Source: Proteromonas lacertae (lineage: Eukaryota). Taken from it: a DNA stretch of 53,507 bases. Below are positions 24,101 through 37,885 of the stretch, piece by piece. The stretch's first letter is position 1. Each line of letters starts with the position of its first letter. The DNA lies in NCBI GenBank assembly GCA_002245135.1, contig NGBS01001181.1:62001-115507 (forward strand), written 5' to 3'. Under the pieces are notes generated by a model. The model was given only the letters and a program-made list of their open reading frames with translations. It was not told where the DNA came from and made no database searches. A program made the position numbers and the translations under genes.

Positions 24101-27100
24101 CAAGGAGAGTAGAAGATACTCCAGATGATAAGAAAGAAGGAGGAGAAGAGAAAAAAGAAGATAATAAAGAAAATGAAGAAGAAAAGAAAGAAGGTGAAAC
24201 AAATAAAGAGAATGAAGAAAAAGAGGAAGATATTGGAGAATTAAAACCATTAGCATTAAACACTGTTCCACCTCCACAAGATGTTCCTTCACCAAAGAGG
24301 AGAAGTGTGTTAAAATCATCAAGAAGAAGATCATTTTTACCAACTAAACCATTGGCTAATGAAGATGAAAATAAGAAGTCATCATTTTTGAAACAAGATA
24401 ATGAGAAAGCTAATGACAATATTTCTCCACCAGAGAATGAATTAGATAGAAAGTTTGATGAAGGTTTAAGAAAACAGAATTTATTGATTGGTTTACATCC
24501 CGATGATTTATTCAAATTAGGTGAAACAAATGATGAAAAGAGATATAAACAATTATTAAATCAACCATTTTTAACAACTACACAATTATTACATAGATTG
24601 AAAATGATGTGTAATAGTGTAACAAGACTAAAAGCACATGAATTTTTATTAGAATTACCATCTAAACAATTGATACTTAGAAAAATAAAAGGTTTTGAAA
24701 CAACAGAACAGTTGTCACAATATATAAATGAACATTTTGGATTCAATGAAAAGACAAGTGATGAATTAGCATTATGCTTATATGGAATGTATAAGAATGA
24801 TTTTTACACTGGAATAATCAATAACAGAATCAATCAAATAGCAAAAAGCAGAGAAGAATTATTATACCAAATGAAAGCTAATCAAGTGAAGGATTTATAC
24901 AACATTATTCAAGTAGATGATCAACAACAACAAAATGCATTATCTATTGAAGGAGGAGGTATTTCAGAAAAAGAAATAAAATTCAGAGAAAGAAAGATAG
25001 AAGATGAGCAAAGAACTGCAATTAATGATATACAAAACACAATTACTACTACACAAGATCATATGTCATTATCCATAAGTAGATTACACAATTTAGAATG
25101 TAAAGTAGAACAAATGAAGAAAAGATTACAGCTATTACAAGCCTATCATGAAGAACAAGCTGAAATAAGAAATAAAACAAAAGATGAAAAGAAGGATGAT
25201 AGATATTTCCAACAGAGTATGAAAGATTTTGTTAGAAATCCCAATTCATCAGATAGAATAGAATGGACTCAAAGATTATACACAGCAATAGATTTAGCTG
25301 AAGATAATGATGAACAATCAATGAAGAAATATCAAGAAATACAAGGAGTTATTGAAGATTTTATTACATGTGCAGTTACTTATGGTGAAATTATCATAAG
25401 AGAAATGTCAGTTCCAGATTCAGAGAAAACAATAAAACCAATTGCAACTAGAAAATGTGATTGGGAAGGAAATGTAAAACCATTCTATGAAGTTGCCAAT
25501 ATAAGATACAAATTTGCATTTGATTATGATGGAATGTTTAATGGCTCTGATGAAAATGCAGCAAAATATATGAGACAAGGAGTGAAAGGGAATCAACAAA
25601 TATTCAAATGTAGAATATCAGGAATAAGATTACCATTACAATTAAATATTGATTATTTAGGATTTAGATTAGAAGCAACAAGTGTTATTCCAATTGAAGG
25701 TATTCCAACAGGATCATTGTCTGAAAGAATTATTCATTCTGAGCTATTGATTGGTACAAAAGACAGAGGTAATAAAATAGTATTAGGAGATCAATTTTTA
25801 GCAGGTAAATTATTCTCTGTAGCAAAGAAATTGAATTTGAAAGATCATATAGTCAAAGGCATTCATGATTTGACAATCAAACATATTCCATTATCAGCTG
25901 ATTTAGAAGGTTATAAAGGAATTGACAATGAATATTATTTGTTAAATTTCAATAGATTATTACCACCAGAAGATCCATATGAAACACCTCATTTACCATT
26001 ACAACCAAGAGGTGTTAGTATATTTTGGAGATTTTTAAGACCTGAGTTAGTTTGTGTATATTCATATTCATATTATTAATTATTAATTATTATTTGTATA
26101 GGATTATTCAAAACCATTATCATCTGATAGTTTATCTGGTTTTTCACATGATGCTCCAGATACTGAAGAGAATAATGAAGTAACTAGTGAATTGACAAGA
26201 AAATTAATCAAAGAAATTATTCCACAGTTTGCTAATGAATTATGCCATAAAGGACAAGATATATATGAATTAGATTGGACTCATGAATTCCATAGAAGAG
26301 GTATTAGTATGAGACACTTAGGATTCTTAAGAAAACAATTCTGGAGACAATTAGATGGAACTGTAACTCCTTCATTTAAAAGTACACAATTCAAAACAAC
26401 TTGTGATTTGACTTTAGAATTAGAACCAGGTGAAAAAGTATATATATATATATGTAATCATTATTACTTATTTCTATTTATAGATAAAAGTAAATGGCCA
26501 TATCTATACAATATCTGATGCTGCAAATAGTGTGTTTACTTCTGATATGATTACTGTTAATGAACATATTGATAGTGCAAATTCATTTAATCAAAAGATT
26601 TATGCAGGTGAAGTAGAAGATGACAGTAACTCTGAAGAAGTAAGAATTGTATTGTTAGTTGAAATGATTATAAGAACAGTGAAACAATTAATTCGTCATT
26701 ATACAAGGGAATTATGTTTACATTTAGGAAATCCAAATGTAGATGCAGCAAAGGATACTTTAGTTTATATATTGAATTTAATTACAGGAAGTGGTGAAGG
26801 AAGTGAAGAATGGTGGGAAAATGAAGTAACTCTAGCATTAGATTCAAAATATGGACCAGGATCATTAACTGTAAAAGAATCAATCAATATCACTAAAATA
26901 ATTGAGCCATATTTGACTAATATTATATTATCATTATTAGACAGTCTTGGATTTACAATTACTAGAACATGTGAAGAATCATTGGAAGAAAATCCAAAGA
27001 ATTTTGTATTTTCTGTTGTTGATATTGATAGTTGTTTACCAGTAGTATATCACAGTATTCATTTATTAGAATATGCACAAGGTAAGTTATTAGTAAAAAT

Positions 27101-30100
27101 GGCAGAGAAGAAGAAGACTACTTCTTATTCAGATGTTGTATTATCAGATCATCCATTCGGTTATTGGAAATTAGATGATTTAGCTGGTTCAAAGTTTGCA
27201 CATAATGTTGGTCCAACAGGAACACAATTGATGGGTAATATAACACAAGGAGTAGCTAAGCAAATACCTTGTACATTGTGTAATATATCCCAACAGAATA
27301 ATGTTGCATTTGGTTTTAGCGCCGCTAATAAGACAAGAATTGATTATAGATATAATGATAATTTAAATCCTTTGAATAATAATACATGTTTCAGTTTGGA
27401 ATGTTGGGCTAAAGTGAAAGGAGGTGAAAATACTAAAAGAGTTATATTATGTACTGGTAGATATTGTTTATATGCTTCAAAAAATGATACTTGGTGTTGT
27501 AATTTAACTTCTGCTGTTCATTTAACTACAATCACATTAACTGGTCCAACAATCATTTATAATGAATGGACTCATCTATTCTTTACATATGATGGAACAA
27601 TGGCTAAATTGTATGTGAATAGTGTATTAGTAACATCAGTATATTCTGATGAATTATTCAAAAAAGCAGTTGTTGATCAAGAATATAAATTGAAGAAAAG
27701 GTTTCAAGCTATTGATTTAGAAGAAGAAAAAGAAGCAAAACATGAAATTGATGAAGCAAGAGAAATAGAAGGACAAAGACTAGATCAACCATCCAGTAAG
27801 AAAGAATTAGAAACAATAGCAAAGAAATTAATAGAAAAGAGAAATATAGAAAGAAAAAGAATGAAGGAAAGAAATGCAACTCAATCTAAAGTAGGAAGAT
27901 CATTGACAGAACAAACTACAAAGAAAGCAGCAGAAATAACAGAATCAGCTCCAGATCATGTGAATCAAGTAACAATGCAAAGTGAGATAGATGAAGATAA
28001 ACCAACAATATTAGAATCAATAGATGTAGCAAATCCAAAAGATAAATTACCACCCCAACTATTGATGGGTGAAGCATTGAGATTAGCAAAAGAACAGTTA
28101 TTAACAGAATTAGAAACATCTATTAAAGCAAGAGTTCATGAAAAATATGAAAAAATGAAACAAGAAGAGGTGAAATCACAAGAGAATATGAAACAAAAAG
28201 CAATTGAAAAGTTAAAAATTCCATTTTGCATTGGTGCTCAAACTCCCTCAAAGAATGAGACAGAAGGAAGTGACTTTTTCGAAGGTGAATTATGTCATGT
28301 TGCTGTATATACAGATACAATTGATAGAACACATATTAAACATCATTCTATATTGGGAACTAAAGATAATTCAACAGAAATAGGAAGATTCTACAAGTTA
28401 GCTAGTGATAGATTCAAATTAGCTTTGAGAAAAGTTCCAAATGACAAATTAATTCTTGATGATTATGCTAAAGCATTATGTGCTCATTACAGTTTAGATT
28501 CAACAAGATATGAAGATCAAAGTGAATATAAAGCAGATGTAATGAAAGCAATTCATTTCTTCTATGATACACACATTGAAGATGGTATTGCTGCTTTATT
28601 AGATGGTTTACCTGCTGATCCATTATACTGTGATGTTGTCTATGAAGGTTATTTCTTATTAATGAAATTGAATTCACATTATTATGATGATTCAGTCGAA
28701 AGATTAGGAAAATTACCTGAAAAGTTTATGTTATTATCTGATGGAATTGATCCAAAATACAGTGAAGTAGGTGCAAGTATGATTCAAAATGTAGTCTGTA
28801 TTAATCCAACTTATTATGGTAGAAATACTAGTTTAGATTGGGTTAATAGTTTAACTACTCCTCGATTAGTTACACATATTATTCATACTGTGATACAAGG
28901 AATGAGTTTAAGAGATTTAGAATTACCAAATATGTCTGATATTTCTGTTCATGAGATTGATATATTGAGTAATAACTTACATGGAATTGAACATCTTAAT
29001 TTATCAGGTTGTAATGGTGTTTCTGAAGAATCTGTTGCTTTCTTAGCGAAAAGGTGTCAAAAATTAGAATCGTTGGTTTTGAATAATTGTCCACTTATGA
29101 ATGATATTTGTGTTCAGTATATTGCTAATCTTCACAATTTGAGGAATTTGAGTCTTGAAAAGTGTAGTTTAGTAACTGATGAAGGTGTTATTCCTGTTGT
29201 ACAAAGTTGTCAATTTTTGGAAGAATTGAATTTGAACAATATGAGAAGTATAACTGATCTTACATTAGATGCAATTGGAAAGAATTGTTCTATGTTAAAA
29301 ACATTAAAAATTGAAGTATATTTATATATATATATTATATTATATTATAGTGGTCAATACAAATCACAGATAATGGTTTATTGAATATGATTAATACAAT
29401 AATACCAAGTTATATGAATATAATAGATCTATCAGGCTGTAGCAGAGTCACAGATGAAACAATAATATCATTATCAAAGACATTTACAAACCTTCAAGTA
29501 TTGAATATTAGTCATTGTAATTCTGTTACTGATAATGGTACAGTTTATATTTCTCATAAACTATGGCATATTACACACTTGAATCTTGCTGAGTTGAATA
29601 GTATTACAGATACATCATTCTTTTATAATCCATTAATTGATGATAGACCATTATCAAAAGAGAATTTCTTTGCAAGTTTATTAATATTAGATGTAACAGA
29701 TTGTCATCAACTAACAGATGATACAATACATGGAATATCTGAAAGATGTAATCAATTAAAAACATTGATATTATCAGGATGTAGAAGATTAACTAGTAAA
29801 TCAATTGAATATTTATGTGCTAATGAAATATTACATGAAACTCTTACTTATTTAGATATTTCTTATTGTCTTAATTTTGATGATGAAGATATTGAATTGT
29901 TAGTTAATAGTTTTGTACAATTACAAAAGTTGAATTTGACTGGTTTAGGAAAAATAACAGACAAATCAGTAGAAGTTATTTCTGACAAGTTATATACAAT
30001 TGATAGTTTATATTTAGGTCATTGTCGTTTATTAACCGATCAAGCATTATTTAATTTGTCTAATAAATCATGGATTGAATTGTTAGATTTAAGTTATTGT

Positions 30101-30479
30101 AGAAGAATTACAGATATTGGTTTAAATGCAATAAGTGAAGCTCATTCTGGCTTAAGAGTATTAAATGTTGCTTATTGTGCTAAATTAACTGAACAGTGCA
30201 TTAACAGATTATTCCATAAGTGTGAACATTTGATGTCTTTGGATGTATCTTCGTGTCCACAAATATCTGAACAATTTTGTCAATTGTTGAAACAAATGAG
30301 AGTTGGAGTATATTTTATTATTGTTTATATATTATATATAGTTTATAATTACATATAATACTGGATTGAGAAGTGAAGTACAACTATCAAGAGATGAAAA
30401 GTTGGAAAGTGTTCCAGATGTTCCAAACACAGAATCTCTTTCTAATTTAGATATTGCTAATCTTCAAACAACTCAATAA
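21176..30479 (+). CDS. Giant (about 3000 aa) multidomain protein: MGxxxS N-terminus, coiled coils, IQ motif, Clu domain, LamG-like domain, AMN1/FBXL-type LRRs
   Basis: Spliced start MGTSQSNLSG; IQ AIKIQACYRGFLGKK; Clu-like PLQLNIDYLGFRL...DLEGYKGIDNEYYLLNFNRLLPPE...LRPEL and EFHRRGISMRHLG. LamG-like FSLECWAK...NEWTHLFFTYDGTMAKLYVN, then many LxxLxLxxCxxLTD repeats. Seven short GT-AG introns; stop TAA at 30477-30479. Confidence 0.8.
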
Positions 30480-33426
30480 ATTAGTTATTTCATTTTAGTT
30501 TGTGTGTTTTTAATTTATTGAAAAAATGACTGTTTTGTTTCTTTCAAGTTTTGGGCTTGAGAGTTAGATTTTTGTTTTTTTCTAAATTTACACAATAGCA
30601 AATTATATTCTAGTCTCGCATATAATATAAGTTATCAAAAAATGAATAAATCAAAACAAAGTATGGTTAATATTTATTTGTCATTTAGCTTATCATTATG
30701 GAGTAGATTTTGGAGGAAGGAATTGTGTAATATCAGAGTATAATGGAATTAATTGTCAGATAAAAGAAAATGCATATAGTGAGAGATTAACATTGTATTT
30801 TTACAGTTGTTATTTATAGTGTTGGATTAGTTACAGATGGAATAAAACTCTATTATGGAAGAGCTGCCAAAACAAATGTATATATATGTTTGATATTTTT
30901 AGTTAATTCGCTTATATAACAATTCAGCTTGTGAATTGAAAGAATATCTTGGTAAATACATTGTTGATGGTTTGAATATCCAAACTGAGAATTATAAATT
31001 CTATCCAAGTGAAGTAAAAATAGATAAAAATGGTTTATGTTTTAAAGTATTTTTTCTTCTTTATTTATCTATTTATTTAGTTGCCTAAATTGAAATTTAA
31101 TGATTTAAACTGTAGTGATGGATATTTTGCATGTGATACATTATTTGTATTGTTAATGAAATATTTGAAAGAAACAATGATGAAAGAAGGAAATGAAGTA
31201 ATAATATGTCATCCATGTTATTACAATGAAAAACAAATCGAATATATAAATGAATTATATAAAGTATGTGAAATGAAAGTTCTAAAGAATATTCCTGAAT
31301 ATTTAAGTGCGAGTTTATGTTTTGGATATGAAAACAACAATAAATTGAATGAAAATGAAGAGAGAATTGTTTTATTATTAGATATGGGTTATATAAACTG
31401 TAGTAGTACAATAGTAAAATACAAGAAAGATGAATGTGAGATATTAAGTCACAGTTATAACAATGATAAGATTGGAGGTCGATATATCGATAATTTATTA
31501 GTAAATGCTTTGATTGGAAAAATGGGTATGAATATAGATAATATAAGTGAAAAATTATATGTGAAAGTGAAAGAAGAGATAATAAAGATGAAAGAGAAGT
31601 TAAGTGCAAGTGGAGCTGATACAATTCATATAAGTATTGATGATGGTGATAATGATTATGAAAGTGATTACAGTGTAAATGAATTAAATGAAATATTGAA
31701 AAATAATGGAATAAATACCAAAGTGATTGATATAATAAAAGACAGTATTGTAAACAGTGGTTTAATAGAAGAAGAAGATAATAAGAAATTAGAGATAGTG
31801 ATAATAGGAGGAAGTTTAAGAATTCCTTTAATTCAAAAAGAGATAGAAAATTATGTAAAGAGTGAGTTAGATAATGATATAAATTTAAATCGAACAATAA
31901 ACATGGATGAATGTATGAGTTTAGGTAATAGTTATTATGGATTAATTCAAAGTGGAAAATGGAGATATTCATATAATGAAAAGAAAATAATAATCCATCA
32001 AATAGAATCTTCTTCCAGATTAAATAATGACAAATGTAATAACACATGGAATGTAAAAGAACGAATTAGTAAAATATATGATACAATCAAAAGAATATGT
32101 AAAAATGAATCAATAGTTCAAAAATGTGCTTCATTAAGAAATGAAATAGAAGGAGAATGGTATATATAAAGATAATCATATTATTATTATTATTATTATT
32201 ATTAGTTATTATCTACAACATTTATTAGAAGATAATACAATTATAAATACAGATGAGAATAAGAATGAAATAAGTGAAGTATTAAAGAGAGTAAAATCAA
32301 AGAAATTAGTTGATAATAACAATTATGATGAAATTGAAGATTTGTATAAGAGAATACTGATAAAAAAGCTAAACTTAATAAGTGAAGTATTTAGAAACAA
32401 GTACAAAAAAGAGAGTAAAGTATCTGCATATTTAAAAGACATCAATAGAGAGAATAAAATGAAGAATATATATATTGAAAAGATTAAAGAAAAATTAAGT
32501 ATTGTTGAAGATGAGATGAGAAAGTATGAATTAATATTTTTCTTTTGTAGTATGAATATTTTAAGAGGAAGACATAAAACGGGTGGATATAATTCTACTC
32601 CATCACCTTCTAATTCAAATAACCCTGTTCCAATTCCTGTTTTAGATAACAATATTATTTTGAATAAAAGAAAAAATAGTTCTCCAGTGAAAAATATTGA
32701 TCCACCGTATAATATTCTATTTATTGTTGTTATTTGATTTAGACCACTCCCAATGCCTCAACATCATCAAGAAGAGATTGATAATTTGATTAAAGAATTA
32801 GAATCTTGTATAAACCAATTTCCTGAATATCCAAACATCAGAATGATTAAAAAACAAATTGAAAAGATAAAAGCATTACCTTTATCATCAATTGAATATA
32901 ATACTCAATTCGACAAACTTTCTTCAAGATTGGAGAATTTTAAAGTATAATTTGTTATTTTTAATAATGATAGATATATATCAGTGATTATAACAACCAA
33001 AGAAATGATTGTATAAAAAGAATAACAGAAATGATATGTGGAGATGGTAATAAGAACAGACTGAATTCTGATGATATGAATCGAATAATAAGACTAATAA
33101 ATGATGAAAATTATCATTCATTACAAGAATATAAAGATATAATTAGTCAATTAACAATTCACAAAAATAGTAGAAATATGATAAATGAATCACCACCAAA
33201 ATCTTCAAATAGAGATAATAATATAGAAGAAGGAATTAATAAAGTATTGAAGCAATTAGATGATTATATGAAGAAAAATCCATATTCTCCTAAAATGAAA
33301 GAAATAAAAAGAAAAATGGAAGAAGCAAATAAACAAAACAATCCAGTTGTTAGATTTGCTCAACTTCAACAAATATTGAATGATTTAGAAGAAAATGATA
33401 ACTCCTACAAAAATAACGATAAAAAT
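25802..33426 (+). repeat. Left arm of large inverted repeat (>=7.6 kb)
   Basis: Reverse complement of 45896-53507. Mirror ORF pairs sum to 79322 (31081/48241, 29384/49938). Confidence 0.97.
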
Positions 33427-36288
33427 AACCAAAACATACAAATTAATCTATCTGCTTCAACAATTATAAAAACTAATAGAAAAGAAGAAACACCAATAAA
33501 TGATTTAAGTCCATTCTTATTTTTCAATGTCAAAATCAACAAAGAAGAAGATGGATTTGGAAAAAAGAATGTATAAGTAGATATTTATGATTAATAGAGA
33601 TGATTTATTGATTGAGATAAGAAAAGATAATTCAACACAATCAAAAGATATTTTGATTGGTTATTTAAATGAATTGAAAATAAAACTTTCAAAGGAATTC
33701 TCATATTACAACAGAAGAGTTGGATAGTTATGAAAAGGAGATAGATGATAGATTAAAAGAATATAGAATCAAATCTAGAAGAAAGAATACATCACCACCA
33801 GTATTAACCAACCAAAATATACCTAATGTAGAATCAATAGAAATAATGAAGTATATATATTAGTATTATTAATTCTATTTGTAGTAATAAAGCAAAAAGC
33901 AGAATACTAAATAGAAAAGTTTCTCTTCAGCCGAATAATCAACAACAATATTCTTCAAATGTAAGAATATCACATAGTTATTCTGAAATACAATCTTTAA
34001 TAAGTAAATTAGAAATGTATGTGAATAATTATCCATTTTATCCTTATGTCGGATTAGTAAGGGAATTAATCAACCGAATTAAAATAGTCCCATTAAATGA
34101 GAATGAGTATGATAATCAATATAAGAAATTATTAAAGAGAATAGTGAGATATGAAGTATAATATTTTGTTTATTATTATTGATAGAAATTTATTGAGGAT
34201 TATGATTTAAAACAGAAAGAAAAGATAGATAAGCTAAAAGAATTATTGATGAAATTTAAAGAAATTGCAGATAAACAAACAATACAGTTATTATACAGAG
34301 ATATGATACAAAAAGCTGAAGAGATGATGATATATGGAATTAAAAAATATCCAATAAATGAATATGAAAATATCATAAGTGAAATGACTATCTCAGCTAA
34401 CAATATGAAAAGAAAACCAGAATTGACTGAATATCAAATTCATTCAATAAACAAAATAATACATTATCTCAAAGTATGTGTAAAAGAATATCCTCATTAT
34501 CCTAAAGTGAATAACCTTAATAATCTGCTGATAGAAATTGATGCTACTACCATGAATATTGACAATTACAACAAATTTATTGATATATTGGATAGATGTA
34601 GAAATGATATAGATAATTATGTGAGTGATTATCAAAATAAAAAAACAGAATTGACAAATAATATCAAATCTATATTGTACAAAATTGATGAAAATAAATA
34701 CAGAATCTATCCAGTTTTAAATAAAATTAAGACAATAATTAACTCCAATTCAAATTTATATCCTTTACAGGAATATGAACAAATGAATAACGATGTAATT
34801 AAGATTTATAAAGAGATAAATGAAAATCAATTAAAACAAAAAGAGATGAAAAAGCAATTAATAGACATTATTACAGATCATTTGTATTATTTGTATTTAT
34901 TTATTTAAATGTTATAGAAAGAAGATTAGTCTATATTTCAACAGTTATTATGTATTAAAACAACAAGTAGTAATTCCAAGAAATTTGTTAGATAATAAAA
35001 ATAACCTCTTATCTGATTGGCAGTTAAAAGATGATGAGATAAATGAATTAGAAAAGAAAAAACAGTCTTGTGAAGGTGTGTTAATTCAAATCTCACAATT
35101 TGTCAATAGAAACAATGATTTAGAAAGAAGATTGTATATATATTATGTATAATTGCAATAGTAAAATAATTGAAAATGAATTAAGTAAGAATAGAGATTT
35201 ATTTAATGTAATAAAAATTCCTCAAATGTTGTTAATTACTAACACAATCTTCAACCTTTTTTCAAATATAATAAATAGATATAAATTATGTGATATAGAA
35301 AAAGCTGTTGTTGATGTTGAGAATCAAATTCATTTTTATAAGCATAAAAACGAATCTTCAATCAAAAGAGCTAGTCCAAATGAAGAACTAATTCGAAAGT
35401 TGAAAGATACACATAAAATTGAAAAACAACTCAATGTATTTTAAATCATTTATCTGCTACAATAGAAAATAAAATTAGAATTAAAATATGAAGTTGAAAT
35501 TAATGAGTGTATTAAAAAATTGGAGGAATATATGAAACAATATACTTATTTTAATGGTATATCATCTATAAAAATACATATTGATCAAGCTAAAAGATGT
35601 AAATCTCATGAAATGTTATTGGCTCTACAAAATGATATAAAGGATTATGAAGTATTTTTACAATATATATATATTTCAATAGAAATACATTATATTTTTA
35701 AAAAGCGAAGAAGAAAGAAAACTAAATGATTTAGAAAGAAGATTGTATATATATATATATATTATGTTTAATTGTAATAGAAAAATTATTTTTAATGAAT
35801 TTAGTAAGAATGATGGTTTATTTAAAGCAATTAGAATTCCTAAAATATTAATTTATGTAGATGGAAGTTTAAAAAGTATTAATTATATAAGGAGATATGA
35901 AAATCTCAATAATATTGAAAAAGCAATTATGGATGTTGAAAAACAGATTCAGTATTACAAAAATAATAGAGAATCAGAAAAATACCAATACAACAGAAAT
36001 AAATTACCAAATAATACAAGAGAAAATAATAGATACTGTAATTATAATGTGAATAATGAAATATTATTGAAGAAAGAATTGAATGAAAAGTTGAATTATA
36101 TTAACCAATACTTTAGAGAAAATAAATATTTATTCGATATATTTTATGTTCCAAAGTACTTGATATTCACAGGGTGTATTTTATGGAGTGATATAGATTA
36201 TATAATGAGAATAAACAAAATTAACCTAAATATAGTCAAAAATGATATTGAAATACTCGAATGGAAAATAAATAATTTGAAAAGGTGA
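30642..36288 (+). CDS. Divergent HSP110/HSP70-NBD protein A with long helical-repeat tail
   Basis: MNKSKQ|TYHYGVDFGGRNCVIS, LLLDMGY, IGGRYID, KEKLSA, IVIIGGSLRIP and RTINMDECMSLG; many short introns. Two apparent 1-nt frameshifts (about 33520 and 33687). Confidence 0.7.
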
Positions 36289-37885
36289 ATAATAATTATA
36301 AATCTAGGTTGGATGTTATATATGTTTTTATATAAAAAAATATATTCGTTTCATTATTTCCCTCCATTTCTTTTTTCTATTGCTATATACTTTATTTAAT
36401 TATTAAAACTAGATTTTCATGACAAATGCCTATTGATCATTACGGTGTAGACGTGGGAGGAAGAAAAATCACCCTCTCTACATATAATGGTATAAACTGT
36501 AAGATAGTGGAGAATACATATAGTGAAAAATATTCAGTGTATTTTTAATATATTAATTTTAGTGTTTGTATTGTATGGGACAATAGGTCCTTTAAATTTG
36601 GTAAAGCTGCTTTTTCTGTTGTATATTAACTATTTTTATATTTAAGTATACTAGAAATTGTAAAAAATCAGCAAAAGAGTTAAAAGAATACATAGGAAGA
36701 TATATTCCCAGTCATATTGAATTATTAGAGGATGAATGGATATACAAACCTTCACATGTTGAAATTCAAAATAATGCATTATGTTATGAAGTATATCTAA
36801 TGTTATATCGAAATAGATGTCATGTATCTTTAAGGATTTAAACTGTAGTGATGGATATTTTGCATGTGATACATTATTTGTATTGTTAATGAAATATTTG
36901 AAAGAAACAATGATGAAAGAAGGAAATGAAGTAATAATATGTCATCCATGTTATTACAATGAAAAACAAATCGAATATATAAATGAATTATATAAAGTAT
37001 GTGAAATGAAAGTTTTAAAGAATATTCCTGAATATTTAAGTGCGAGTTTATGTTTTGGATATGAAAACAACAATAAATTGAATGAAAATGAAGAGAGAAT
37101 TGTTTTATTATTAGATATGGGTTATATAAACTGTAGTAGTACAATAGTAAAATACAAGAAAGATGAATGTGAGATATTAAGTCACAGTTATAACAATGAT
37201 AAGATTGGAGGTCGATATATCGATAATTTATTAGTAAATGCTTTGATTGGAAAAATGGGTATGAATATAGATAATATAAGTGAAAAATTATATGTGAAAG
37301 TGAAAGAAGAGATAATAAAGATGAAAGAGAAGTTAAGTGCAAGTGGAGCTGATACAATTCATATAAGTATTGATGATGGTGATAATGATTATGAAAGTGA
37401 TTACAGTGTAAATGAATTAAATGAAATATTGAAAAATAATGGAATAAATACCAAAGTGATTGATATAATAAAAGACAGTATTGTAAATAGTGGTTTAATA
37501 GAAGAAGAAGATAATAAGAAATTAGAGATAGTGATAATAGGAGGAAGTTTAAGAATTCCTTTAATTCAAAAAGAGATAGAAAATTATGTAAAGAGTGAGT
37601 TAGATAATGATATAAATTTAAATCGAACAATAAACATGGATGAATGTATGAGTTTAGGTAATAGTTATTATGGATTAATTCAAAGTGGAAAATGGAGATA
37701 TTCATATAATGAAAAGAAAATAATAATCCATCAAATAGAATCTTCTTCCAGATTAAATAATGACAAATGTAATAACACATGGAATGTAAAAGAACGAATT
37801 AGTAAAATATATGATACAATCAAAAGAATATGTAAAAATGAATCAATAGTTCAAAAATGTGCTTCATTAAGAAATGAAATAGAAG
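31102..37885 (+). repeat. 1051-bp near-identical direct repeat (31102-32152 vs 36835-37885); a third, inverted copy lies at about 47170-48220
   Basis: Identical protein translation over about 350 aa; the adjacent exons are clearly diverged. Confidence 0.95.

Noticed and set aside
31097..32047. 316-aa antisense ORF (also 36830-37780 and 47275-48225) and the many other L/F/S/I-rich antisense ORFs
   Set aside because: Shadow frames of purine-rich coding strands; they repeat only because the sense exon is duplicated.
32180..32203. (TAT)n and (TA)n microsatellites here and near 2105, 15775, 17150 and 18357
   Set aside because: Intronic simple repeats expected in AT-rich DNA; no CRISPR-like or telomeric array structure.
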